A stretch of DNA of 27,219 nucleotides from Candidatus Zixiibacteriota bacterium (GCA_022866585.1 JALHUP010000024.1:1-27219); one strand, 5' to 3'. Shown: positions 8,647-17,254, numbered from the stretch's first letter. The notes: generated by a model from the letters alone, not told the origin. Made by a program: numbers and translations.

Positions 8647-9378
8647 TCAATATTTCACTTCAGCCAAATATAATCCACAAGCTGGCGCTGTGGGACCAGC
8701 TTTCTTTCTATCCTTCACCTCCATTATGTTAACAAAATCCGAGACTGAAAAATATCCTCTCCCTACCTCGATCAAAGTTCCCACCAAGCTCCTCACCATG
8801 GCGTGAAGGAATCTATCCGCCTCGATTTTGAAAATTAGCTCATCGCTGGACTTCTCCCAGATAGCAGAGAAAACTCGACAGGCATTATTGTTTTTGGTTG
8901 ATTCAGCCACGCAGAAAGAGGAGAAATCATGTTCCCCTTGGATCTTTTTTGTGGCTTCAAGAATGTTCTCCAGATTTAATGAATACAAAACCTCCCACAC
9001 ATACTTTCTCCAGATTGCAGTTCTTCCCAGATAAATTCTGTATTTATATAACCGACTTTTAGCATCATATCTGGAATTAAAATTCAAATCTACTTCTTCA
9101 ATTCTCTTTATCACAATATCGTCAGGCAAAAGCCCATTCAGTCCATTTATAATTGAATTTTTGCTGAGTTCGTTTGTAGTTTTGAAATTTGCCGCCTGCC
9201 CCAAAGCATGCACGCCCACGTCAGTCCTTCCTGCACCTATGAGGTTGATCTTGTGGCCCAGAATGGTTTGCAGTTTATCCTGAATTTCCCCTTGAACCGT
9301 ACGGAGCTTTGGTTGTATCTGCCACCCGGAGAAATCCGTTCCCTCATATTCGATTTCAAGCTTAATGTTCCTCTGCAT
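8647..9378 (-). CDS. truA: tRNA pseudouridine(38-40) synthase
   Basis: YEGTDFSGWQIQP, AGRTDVGVHALGQ (catalytic Asp), FLHAMVRSLVG, APACGLYL. Confidence 0.97.
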   Translation of the reverse strand: MQRNIKLEIEYEGTDFSGWQIQPKLRTVQGEIQDKLQTILGHKINLIGAGRTDVGVHALGQAANFKTTNELSKNSIINGLNGLLPDDIVIKRIEEVDLNFNSRYDAKSRLYKYRIYLGRTAIWRKYVWEVLYSLNLENILEATKKIQGEHDFSSFCVAESTKNNNACRVFSAIWEKSSDELIFKIEADRFLHAMVRSLVGTLIEVGRGYFSVSDFVNIMEVKDRKKAGPTAPACGLYLAEVKY

Positions 9379-9419
9379 TCAAATCATTTTTTTACAGGTA
9401 TCATGCTTTCTCAATTCGC

Positions 9420-9490
9420 GTAGCGGAACCTTCACGGTTCCGCTGAGAAAAAACAGTCGCCTGAGCACGGAGGCATGAAGCCTCCGCTAC
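9420..9490. repeat. Inverted pair of GTAG-type REP-like hairpins (REPIN/BIME-like)
   Basis: 9420-9442 (plus) GTAGC-GGAACC-TTCAC-GGTTCC-G and 9468-9490 (minus) GTAGC-GGAGGC-TTCAT-GCCTCC-G. Confidence 0.75.
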
Positions 9491-9497
9491 GCCAAAT

Positions 9498-10304
9498 TTA
9501 AATCCTTTTAACCAGATATGAAATTACTATTATCACAAGAACAAAAGATAAAAAGAGATAATCGCTTCTCTTAAAAACTAACCTCTGAAAGGATGTGCGC
9601 TCTTGTCCGCTTCTGAATCCCCGTGCATCCAAAGCCAAAGCCAATTCATCGGCCTTCCTGAACGAGGAGACGAATAAAGGAACAAGCAGAGGTAAAGTCT
9701 TCTTAACTCTTTTTATCAATCCTCCTTCAAAAGATGCTCCCCGGGACATTTGAGCTTTTTTCAAATTGAAGGCTTCCTCCAAAAGCAAAGGAACAAATCT
9801 TAAAGAAATCATGGTTATCAAAGATAGCTCCTCTATGGGAAACTTTAGCTTTTTTAACGGAGAAAAAGACTTAAAAGTTGCATCGGTCAGCTCCACTGCT
9901 TGAGTAGTCAGGCTCAAAAAAGCCGCACAAAATATGAATATGGCAAGCCGCCAACTGTAAATGATGCCGTTTACGACTCCTTCGTAACTCACTTTTATGA
10001 ATTTAAAGGATAAGAATTCGATCGTTTCGCCAGAGGTAAAGAATATATGCAGAATAAAGGTAAATAAAAATAGCCAGAAAAAAGATTTAAGATTCCGAAA
10101 AAAATAACCAAAAGGAATCCGCGAAGCAAAAGAAAGAGTCAACAGAAAAAAGGAGATCAAAAAATAGATTCTGAAGCTAGTCGTCACCACAGCCAAGATC
10201 ATCACGCTCAAGGTGAGAATGATTTTAGTCCTCGGATCCAGCCTGTGAATCACCGAATCAGCTGGCACATATTGTCCGATGGTGATGTTCTCTAAAAAAG
10301 CCAT
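9498..10304 (-). CDS. ecfT: Energy-coupling factor transporter transmembrane component T
   Basis: IGQYVPADSVIHRLDPRTK N-terminus; multiple TM helices; ISLRFVPLL; two X-R-X coupling motifs (AQMSRG, ALDARG). Confidence 0.93.
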   Translation of the reverse strand: MAFLENITIGQYVPADSVIHRLDPRTKIILTLSVMILAVVTTSFRIYFLISFFLLTLSFASRIPFGYFFRNLKSFFWLFLFTFILHIFFTSGETIEFLSFKFIKVSYEGVVNGIIYSWRLAIFIFCAAFLSLTTQAVELTDATFKSFSPLKKLKFPIEELSLITMISLRFVPLLLEEAFNLKKAQMSRGASFEGGLIKRVKKTLPLLVPLFVSSFRKADELALALDARGFRSGQERTSFQRLVFKRSDYLFLSFVLVIIVISYLVKRI

Positions 10305-10346
10305 AATCTGTTCATCATGTGAAAAGTTGTTTCACTCAACGGCAAA

Positions 10347-10375
10347 AATATAGTATTGTTTACCAACAATGTCAA
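10347..10375 (-). promoter_or_regulatory. Sigma70-type promoter upstream of ecfT
   Basis: TTGACA (10375-10370), 17-nt spacer, TATATT (10352-10347). Confidence 0.7.
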
Positions 10376-10561
10376 ATAGAAACTTCCGTAAAAAATTTGG
10401 GAAAGAATAGTGGGGAAAGAGTTCTAAAGAGTGTTTAGTCGTTGGTAACGGATTCATCCTGATCCCACCTTTGGCAAGAGAACGGACATTTTCTCGCTTA
10501 TCATAAGAGCGTCACGAACAGAGAGTCCGTGACGAACTTGGGAGATTATTGGACAATACCG

Positions 10562-11953
10562 TTAAATAGTGACTTCTTCACCTAAATCGGGAACGATCAC
10601 ATTTTGAATTCCTAAATTTTTGATTCCATCAGCCAAAGCTTGGGACTGCTCTTCTTCTCCGTGTACCACAAATACTCCTCTCAAGGAGTCCTTGGTATAA
10701 TTCACATATTCCAAAAGCTCATCTCTGTCCGCATGGGCAGAAAAGGCATCGATGATCTCTACTTTTGCCCTTAATGTATATTCCTCCCCAAATATTTTAA
10801 CTTTTTCTTTGCGCTCCACAATCTTTCGCCCCAAAGTATCCTTTGCCATGAATCCGACCACAAGTATAGTGTTTTTAGGATCTTCTATATTATTTTTAAG
10901 ATGGTGTAGGATTCTGCCAGATTCACACATTCCCGAAGCGGAAATTATAATGGAGGGTTCTTCGAGATGATTTAACTTTTTGGATTCCTCGACATCCGTT
11001 ATATAACGGATATCTTCTAAGCCAAAAGGGTTTTCGTGTGCGGCTATTATTTGATTGGTCTCCTTATCAAAACACTCGGGATGAAGTTTGAAAATCTCGG
11101 TTATGCTCACAGAGAGGGGGCTATCCACAAAAACTTTAATTTTGGGAATTCTTTTTGCGTCTTGCAATCGGTTTAAAGAAAAGACTATATCTTGAGTTCG
11201 ACTTAAGGAAAAAGCAGGGACGATAATCTTTCCACCTTTGGAGGCGGTATCGTTTACTACCTTTGCCAGTTTCTCGTCAGCTTTTCGAAGATCATCATGT
11301 AGTCTATTGCCGTAGGTGCTTTCGATGATCATAAAGTCAAGGTTGTCGATCATTTCTGGATCTTTTAAGATGGGCATATTCTTTCGCCCCAAGTCCACAA
11401 TATAAGCCAGCCTTATATTTTTACCATTTTCGGATATTTCGAAAAGGGAGAGGGCAGAGCCCAAAACATGGCCTGCATCAAAGAAGGTGAGCTTAATGTC
11501 CGCAGTCACATAAAATCCTTTTCTATATCCTATTCCCCTGAAAAGGGCAAGCGACTTCTCCACATCATTTATATCATATAATGGCTCGATCGGAGGCAGT
11601 CCTTGACGATTCTTCCTTTTGTTTAAGTATTCCGCATCTTTTTCTTGAATGTGAGCACTGTCTTTGAGCATCACCACACACAAGTCGCGAGTGGCAAAGG
11701 TGGAGTAAATGCTTTCTTGGTATCCCTTTTTTACTAAGTTTGGCAGATTACCAGAATGGTCGATATGGGCGTGGGAAAGCACCACCCTTTCTATGCTTTT
11801 AGGATCGAAGGGAAAATTCTTGTTTCTGTAATTGGACTCCTCTCTTCTTCCTTGAAATAGCCCGCAGTCAACTAATATCTTTTTTCCGTTATATTCAAGG
11901 ATGTGCATAGATCCGGTAACCGATTTAGTTGCTCCCAAAAATTTGATCTTCAA
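10562..11953 (-). CDS. MBL-fold / beta-CASP metallo-hydrolase (Ysh1/CPSF73-like putative ribonuclease)
   Basis: FLGATKSVTGSMH, LVDCGLFQG, SHAHIDHSG, DAGHVLGS, ESTYGNRLH, SASGMCESGRILHHL, FSAHAD, VVHGE. TTG at 11953 is preceded by AGGAGG. The ORF-track start at 12040 coincides with a -35 box, so the start was moved. Confidence 0.92.
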   Translation of the reverse strand: MKIKFLGATKSVTGSMHILEYNGKKILVDCGLFQGRREESNYRNKNFPFDPKSIERVVLSHAHIDHSGNLPNLVKKGYQESIYSTFATRDLCVVMLKDSAHIQEKDAEYLNKRKNRQGLPPIEPLYDINDVEKSLALFRGIGYRKGFYVTADIKLTFFDAGHVLGSALSLFEISENGKNIRLAYIVDLGRKNMPILKDPEMIDNLDFMIIESTYGNRLHDDLRKADEKLAKVVNDTASKGGKIIVPAFSLSRTQDIVFSLNRLQDAKRIPKIKVFVDSPLSVSITEIFKLHPECFDKETNQIIAAHENPFGLEDIRYITDVEESKKLNHLEEPSIIISASGMCESGRILHHLKNNIEDPKNTILVVGFMAKDTLGRKIVERKEKVKIFGEEYTLRAKVEIIDAFSAHADRDELLEYVNYTKDSLRGVFVVHGEEEQSQALADGIKNLGIQNVIVPDLGEEVTI

Positions 11954-12011
11954 AGTTCCTCCTTTGATATGCACCCAACGGAGCATACTTCTATGCCGAA
12001 GAATTGGGTTA

Positions 12012-12040
12012 AACATAAATTTGTATGCAAATTTTGTCAA
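12012..12040 (-). promoter_or_regulatory. Sigma70-type promoter upstream of the beta-CASP gene
   Basis: TTGACA (12040-12035), 17-nt spacer, TATGTT (12017-12012). Confidence 0.6.
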
Positions 12041-12078
12041 GTTGTAAAAATGTGGTCTCTATAAAAATCTGGGTATGC

Positions 12079-12283
12079 GTCCTGCCTGAGGTGCGGGACT
12101 TACGCGGTATAACATGAAATGATAATGCGAAGCATCTTGACGATAACTTAACCGCGCGTAGGCGGGGCTCTCAGCCCCGCAAAAATGCTTTCTTCAAAGC
12201 CCTGAAAAGCAAAGTTGGACTGCTGACTTTCGATTTTCGTAATTCGACTTTTTCAATAAACAAGAGAGGGTCTGAAGCCTCTC
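12079..12283. repeat. Cluster of REP-like hairpins plus 7-bp tandem repeats in the divergent intergenic region
   Basis: 12079-12103 (minus) GTAA-GTCCCGC-loop-GCAGGAC; 12158-12180 (plus) GTAG-GCGGGGCT-CTC-AGCCCCGC; ACTTTCG-ATTTTCG-TAATTCG at 12226-12246; GAGAGG...TGAA...CCTCTC at 12264-12283. Confidence 0.6.
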
Positions 12284-12369
12284 GTCCCAAGATTATTTTT
12301 TAACTTGTCTTGATCTCAAAATGACTTATCTTTTAAAAAAAGGAGTCTTATTAAAAATATGGAGAGAAG

Positions 12370-12708
12370 ATGATAGATTCATATGAATTTGGCGTGATAG
12401 TCATCAATGGAAAAAGATATTCTTCAGATGTGATACTCTATCCGGACCGGGTAAAAGACGACTGGTGGAGAAAAGAGGGACACGCTTTGTGTATTGATGA
12501 TTTAGAGAATGTCATCGAAGAAAAGCCAGACGTGATCGTGGTGGGAATTGGCAACCCTGGTTTGATGAGAGTTTTGCCGGAAACGGAAAAACACATCAAA
12601 TCCCAAGGAATCAAATTGGTTATTCAAAGCACCAAGGAGGCTTGCAAAACTTACAATCAGCTTTCATGCTCGCAAAAAGTGATCGCACTTCTCCATCTAA
12701 CCTGCTAA
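12370..12708 (+). CDS. Mth938-like domain protein (DUF498/DUF598 family)
   Basis: IDSYEFGVIVINGKRYSSDVILYP, PDVIVVGIG, STKEACKTYN, IALLHLTC C-terminus. GGAG precedes the ATG. Confidence 0.9.
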   Translation: MIDSYEFGVIVINGKRYSSDVILYPDRVKDDWWRKEGHALCIDDLENVIEEKPDVIVVGIGNPGLMRVLPETEKHIKSQGIKLVIQSTKEACKTYNQLSCSQKVIALLHLTC

Positions 12709-12842
12709 CTTTTTCTAGACATGTGTCCGCGAATGTAGTTACTCGACTTATCTGAACAATAATTGGAGTGTTCGCCTTATGGTTATCAACTTTTTAATTT
12801 GACAGATTTTGTGAACATAGCATTTTTTCTCGGAAAGCTTAT

Positions 12843-12970
12843 GTAGGGGAGGGGCTTGTCCCCTCCCGAACTGGTTTTACGGGCGACCACAAGGGTCGCC
12901 CCTACGTTTCCTCCCACCACGCTATGTAGGGTTCGTCATGATAATTAGTTGATGACCTTTAGGCGAACCT
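12843..12970. repeat. Cluster of three GTAG-type REP-like elements
   Basis: 12843-12867 GTAG-GGGAGGGG-CTTGT-CCCCTCCC; 12881-12905 GGGCGACC-ACAAG-GGTCGCCC-CTAC; GTAGGGTTCG (from 12926)...CGAACCT (to 12970). Confidence 0.75.
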
Positions 12971-13038
12971 TGGTGATCAAATAATAATTCCTCAAAAGTG
13001 TGTTTTCGATACTTCATATATGGAGGGATCACTCATAT

Positions 13039-13089
13039 AAAAAAAGTCTCTGGGATCTGTCTTTTTCAAAGACAAACCGCCAGAGACTT
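13039..13089 (-). terminator. Intrinsic terminator of the cohesin-like gene
   Basis: On minus: AAGTCTCTGG ... TGTCTTT-GAA-AAAGACA ... CCAGAGACTT running into a 7-U tract, about 45 nt after the stop at 13134. Confidence 0.7.
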
Positions 13090-13133
13090 CTTTCTTCTCT
13101 TTTTTTGGTTACATGATTAGTTGGTTTCTCTTT

Positions 13134-13979
13134 TTATCTTAGCAGAGTCATTCTTCTGACCGACTCGTAGTCGCCGGCTTTGATTCGATAGAAATAAACT
13201 CCACTCGCCACGTCTTCGTTGTGCTGATTCTTCCCGTTCCACGAAACAACATGCTCGCCTGCGGGTTTTTGCTCATTCACCAAGGTGGTGACCACCTGTC
13301 CCAATACGTTGTAAATCCTAAGAGTTACCCACGCATCCTCTTTCACTAAGAATTTGATTGCGGTCTCGGGATTAAACGGGTTGGGGTAGTTCTGGTCTAA
13401 ATTGAACTCGGTCGGATGAGAGACTGTGGTTTCCTCTGAAGATCCCGGTCTCAGTGGGATCGGACGATCACCCTGCTTGCTCTCTATTGCTTCAACGTAG
13501 AAATTCTTCCCACCCGCGTCCGCCATCCCAAAATAGAGATCACCACCTGTAAGCTGCCAGTAAGTCACGCTGAGTTGGGGTTTACATTCGTTACCCTTCG
13601 ACTCGAACTTAAGGGTGGCAAAGAGACCTTCACCAGGTGGCAACACGTCTTGAATCTTTTGGTCAAGAGCTCGGATCACCCCAATGAGCACCTTTTTGTT
13701 CTCGTTATCTCTTTGCACATATTGAATGAAGTGCTCTACTCTGCTTCCCTCAAAGCTCACCTCGGTGCACACAATATCCGACCCCGGTTTACCGAAACTC
13801 AAAGGTATAGAAGCGGCTGCCAGCCCTTGAGTGTTTTCAAGGAAAAGCTTCACCACCTGTTGACCCTTTATCGGTATGGGCTGATAAGACAAATAACCCT
13901 CTGTCCCTGACGCCAATGCAAAGGAACAGCACACAAGAAAAGCTGCGACTACAAGCCCCGCTAAGATTCTTCTTAGCAT
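13134..13979 (-). CDS. Secreted protein: signal peptide, cohesin-like Ig domain and C-terminal FlgD-Ig / T9SS type-A-like sorting domain
   Basis: N-terminal MLRRILAGLVVAAFLVCCSFALA signal peptide; beta-rich domain (LENTQGLAAASIPLSF...GEGLFATLKF); C-terminal FNLDQNYPNPFNPET...IYNVLGQVV...WNGKN...SGVYFYRI. AGGAGG lies 6 nt before ATG 13979. Confidence 0.85.
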   Translation of the reverse strand: MLRRILAGLVVAAFLVCCSFALASGTEGYLSYQPIPIKGQQVVKLFLENTQGLAAASIPLSFGKPGSDIVCTEVSFEGSRVEHFIQYVQRDNENKKVLIGVIRALDQKIQDVLPPGEGLFATLKFESKGNECKPQLSVTYWQLTGGDLYFGMADAGGKNFYVEAIESKQGDRPIPLRPGSSEETTVSHPTEFNLDQNYPNPFNPETAIKFLVKEDAWVTLRIYNVLGQVVTTLVNEQKPAGEHVVSWNGKNQHNEDVASGVYFYRIKAGDYESVRRMTLLR

Positions 13980-14002
13980 CACGAACCTCCTTTCATTTAG
14001 GA

Positions 14003-14113
14003 TTTAAACTTAAGGTTAACTCCTGTCTTCCCTTACCTTCTTTTCCCCTCCACTTTTCCGCACCACCTCCTTTTGTGCAGTTCATAAAGACAGGTTAACG
14101 GTTATAGTTTAAA
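14003..14113. promoter_or_regulatory. Long imperfect inverted repeat in the leader of the secreted-protein gene
   Basis: TTTAAACT 14003-14010 pairs with AGTTTAAA 14106-14113; GTTAA 14015-14019 with TTAAC 14095-14099; CCTGTCTT 14022-14029 with AAGACAGG 14087-14094. The enclosed loop is purine-rich on minus. Confidence 0.5.
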
Positions 14114-14813
14114 CTACCCCCTCTAACTGTCACAAAAAAACAATTAAGATCAAACATCTCTTTTGGTGTCAATAAAGTCATCTGTTATTCCAACTCTTCT
14201 TCAATATTCTTGAGCCAGAGGGTCCACTAAATGAACTTTAACCCCGACACAAACCTAAACAGCCTAAGATCTGACACCAAACTCTTTTTGTTCGAACTTA
14301 GTTTGTCTTTATCAAAATTTATGTTGATTTGTCCCTTTTTGTCTTTTGCTGATGGAATGAATCAAAGAAACGTTTTTTGCTGCCTCCGTGGCATCTTTTA
14401 GGTAGGCAAAACAATCATGTCAAACGCAAGGAATTTCCTCATCCGGTGTGGATTTAAAGGATTTTTATCTCCTCCTAATCAATAAGCCCGCATGTTTTTT
14501 TATCTCTCTTTTTGTTTATAGTTTTTTTTCCTCCTTCTTAGGATTTTTATTTATAATCACAGAATTTATACGCTCATTTTCGTAAAATCGTTTAATTAAA
14601 TTTAATTAACTATACTTTCTTTATCAAGAAAAAAATTAGTTTTTTTCAAAAATAAATTTTAGAGAAAAACCGGGGAAGTGAACTTCAATCAAGGATAATT
14701 TGGAATAGAAATTCTTATTTCTAATAAAACATTCCAAGTCACCAGTGGAGTCGGCTATTGTAAAAGAGGAAACTCTGAGTATTTTGGTATTTTTTTTATG
14801 ATGATGGATGTAA

Positions 14814-17219
14814 TTATACGCGGATGCTGCGAGTGACCACAAAGCTGGAGATAAACTGCCGCAGAGTTTTTTCGATCTCTTCTGTCTCCTGATACCTCTC
14901 CTCGGGATTCTTGGCCATGGCTTTCGAAATTATTCGATCAAAAACCAAAGGGATTTTCTCATTGAGGGCTGAAGGTAAAGGAGGAGTATAGTGCAATATG
15001 CTATACATGAGGGAACTGATGCTTTCTCCCTTAAATGGCTTCTGCCCGGTCAAAAATTCATAAATCACCACCCCTAAGGAGAAAATATCTGAGCGTTTAT
15101 CCGCAGGTTTTCCTTCTAACTGTTCAGGAGAGATATAATGTGGTGTTCCCAGGGCCACATTGCTTTGGGTCAAGGAAGAGGTCCCCAGTCTGGCGATGCC
15201 GAAGTCCATCACCTTCACGGCGAAGTCCTCCAACAGCATGATGTTGGCGGGCTTGATATCCCGGTGCACGATTCCCTTTTGATGCGCGTAATTTAAAGCC
15301 GCACAAACCTGCATGATGATTTTGGCTAAGATTTTATAATTCAGCTCCTTCTTTTTCTTGATGAAACTTTCCAAAGTATAACCTGAGAGATACTCCATGG
15401 CGATATATTGCACGCCTTCTTGTTCGCCCACATCATAGATCGTCACTATGTTAGGATGAGACAACTTCCCCGCCGCCTTTGCCTCGCGGACTAATCTTTC
15501 TTTCAGTTCGGAAATCTCTTCGGCTGAGGTAGCGAAATCCAATCGGATGGTTTTAAGAGCCACTAATCTGTCAAGGATAGGATCCAAACCCCTGTAAACT
15601 GTACCCATCCCCCCCCTTCCTATAAGCTCCAGAACTTTATAGCGACCAAATTGAGTCAAGGGCAGATGGGCAGTAGATTCCCTTGAAACCCCTTTCGGTG
15701 TCTCCTCTTGCAGCGAGGGGGTGATGTCCTGGGCTAACCCAGGAGCGTCTGGAGTTGATATAGTTATGGTTTCTTCTTCCTTTCTTTTCTCTTCGGTTCC
15801 AATTTTGGTTGAGGATGATTTGTCTTTTGGTTCAAATGAGACCGGTTCAGGCTTTTCAGTTTTCGACATTCCTGGGACAGTCCCAGTCTGAACCTCGATC
15901 TTGACCTGTTCGCCTTGTCTTTCCAATGTTTCTTGCTCTTTCTCTGTTTTATCTTTAGTATAGACTTGTTCAACGCCTAGACTTTTTTCTCGCGCTTCTT
16001 CCCCTCCCAGCCTCTTGGGCTTAATCGTGGGTGCCGCGGCTAAGAAAAACAAAAGCTCTAAAATCGGATAGAGAGGTTGGGTCAAAATGCCAAAAGAGGA
16101 GAACAGGATATAATTTGAATTAAACATGACGAACAAAAAGACTAAAAGGATAATTATCCTATAAGTTAAAGAGACCTTGGGTAAAACCAGAGCGCAGAAG
16201 ATTCCGATTAAGATCAAAATCAGAAGGTTCCACACTGGGGAAAGACGGTTCAAAAAGTTACTATGAATAATGTTTTCGATCACGTTCGCAATCCTCTCCA
16301 CTTCGTTTAAAGTTCCGTAAGAAGGAACCTTCACCAATGTTTTTGATTCGATAGCAGTCAAACCAACCAAGGCTATTTTACCAGAAAAAGCTTTTGGAGA
16401 GGTCTCTCCATTTAATACATCCAAAGCAGAAACGCGTGGGAAAGTCAAATTGGGACCATAGTAGTTGATCATCATCTGCCTTTTCTTATTTGTGGGGATT
16501 AAAATACCTCTTAAGTTTATCACACCCTCCTTCAAGAGCCCGACGTCTTTCTTGTCGATCCCCAAATACCTCCTGGCCGTTTGCAGAGCCAGAGAAGGAT
16601 AAAGGCATCCATCATATTCGATCAAAATTGGCTCTCGCCGGATTAGATTATCTGGATCGTAGGTCATATTGATATGACCAAAGTCAAAAGCAGATTGAAC
16701 TAAAAGTTTGTCAGGGAAATACATCTGCTTAGCTGAGGGGGCATCCTTCAGATAAAGATTATTCGCCTTAGCCAAAGTTGACCTCAGAATAGTGGGGGGA
16801 GAAGCAGGTGGGGCCATTCCCACTTCCGATAAACTGAAATATATAGGGAGAATCACGTTCCCTGCATTATACATCTCATTAGCCAGAAGTTCCGCCCTTC
16901 CCGAGGTATCCTCATTGATATTCTCTGGAAGAAAAATATCTAATACCAAGACCTTTGGAGATCCTCTGGAGATGGTAGAGATCAAATGGGCTAATTTATC
17001 CTGGGTCCAGGGCCATTTGCCGATCTGATCAAGTGATTTTTCATCTAGGCCCACGATAATTATATCATTTTGAGGATTAATGCTTCCTCTCAATTTAAAC
17101 ATTCCATCCTGCATCCGTAGGTCTATCCTCTCCAGAAAGCTGTATTTTCCCGCATAAAGCGAAATCACCAGGATGGTGATCAAAACATATAAGATAAGCC
17201 CCGAAAATTTTTTTAACAT
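14814..17219 (-). CDS. Membrane CHASE2-domain Hanks-type Ser/Thr protein kinase
   Basis: N-terminal TM; CHASE2-like region (IIIVGLDEKSL..GKWPW..R/D, VLVLDIF, FGHINMTYDPDNLIRR, GKIALVG, ERIANVIENI); 3 TM helices; charged linker; kinase motifs IGRGGMGTVY, VALK, HPNIV, HRDIKPAN, DFGIAR, GTPHYISPEQ, DIFSLG. Start placed at ATG 17219 because the TTG extension to 17261 runs into a palindrome. Confidence 0.93.
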   Translation of the reverse strand: MLKKFSGLILYVLITILVISLYAGKYSFLERIDLRMQDGMFKLRGSINPQNDIIIVGLDEKSLDQIGKWPWTQDKLAHLISTISRGSPKVLVLDIFLPENINEDTSGRAELLANEMYNAGNVILPIYFSLSEVGMAPPASPPTILRSTLAKANNLYLKDAPSAKQMYFPDKLLVQSAFDFGHINMTYDPDNLIRREPILIEYDGCLYPSLALQTARRYLGIDKKDVGLLKEGVINLRGILIPTNKKRQMMINYYGPNLTFPRVSALDVLNGETSPKAFSGKIALVGLTAIESKTLVKVPSYGTLNEVERIANVIENIIHSNFLNRLSPVWNLLILILIGIFCALVLPKVSLTYRIIILLVFLFVMFNSNYILFSSFGILTQPLYPILELLFFLAAAPTIKPKRLGGEEAREKSLGVEQVYTKDKTEKEQETLERQGEQVKIEVQTGTVPGMSKTEKPEPVSFEPKDKSSSTKIGTEEKRKEEETITISTPDAPGLAQDITPSLQEETPKGVSRESTAHLPLTQFGRYKVLELIGRGGMGTVYRGLDPILDRLVALKTIRLDFATSAEEISELKERLVREAKAAGKLSHPNIVTIYDVGEQEGVQYIAMEYLSGYTLESFIKKKKELNYKILAKIIMQVCAALNYAHQKGIVHRDIKPANIMLLEDFAVKVMDFGIARLGTSSLTQSNVALGTPHYISPEQLEGKPADKRSDIFSLGVVIYEFLTGQKPFKGESISSLMYSILHYTPPLPSALNEKIPLVFDRIISKAMAKNPEERYQETEEIEKTLRQFISSFVVTRSIRV

Positions 17220-17254
17220 TTTTGAAACTTGTTGGGCTAAAGATGTAGGATTAG

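Noticed and set aside
10440-10535. ATCCCACC-TTT-GGCAAG and GTCACG...CGTGAC hairpins after the beta-CASP gene
   Set aside because: These are degenerate palindromes without a U-tract. They could be eroded REP-like copies but are too weak to assign.
14375-14430. GCCTCCG and GGCAAAAC...ACGCAAGG resembling pieces of a c-di-GMP-I riboswitch
   Set aside because: The elements are in the wrong order, there is no GNRA tetraloop hairpin, and they lie on the plus strand with no gene downstream.
14636-14842. 68-aa minus-strand ORF overlapping the kinase 3' end
   Set aside because: It overlaps the kinase stop, has a GTG start with no SD and a low-complexity Lys/Phe/Ile translation typical of AT-rich spacer DNA.
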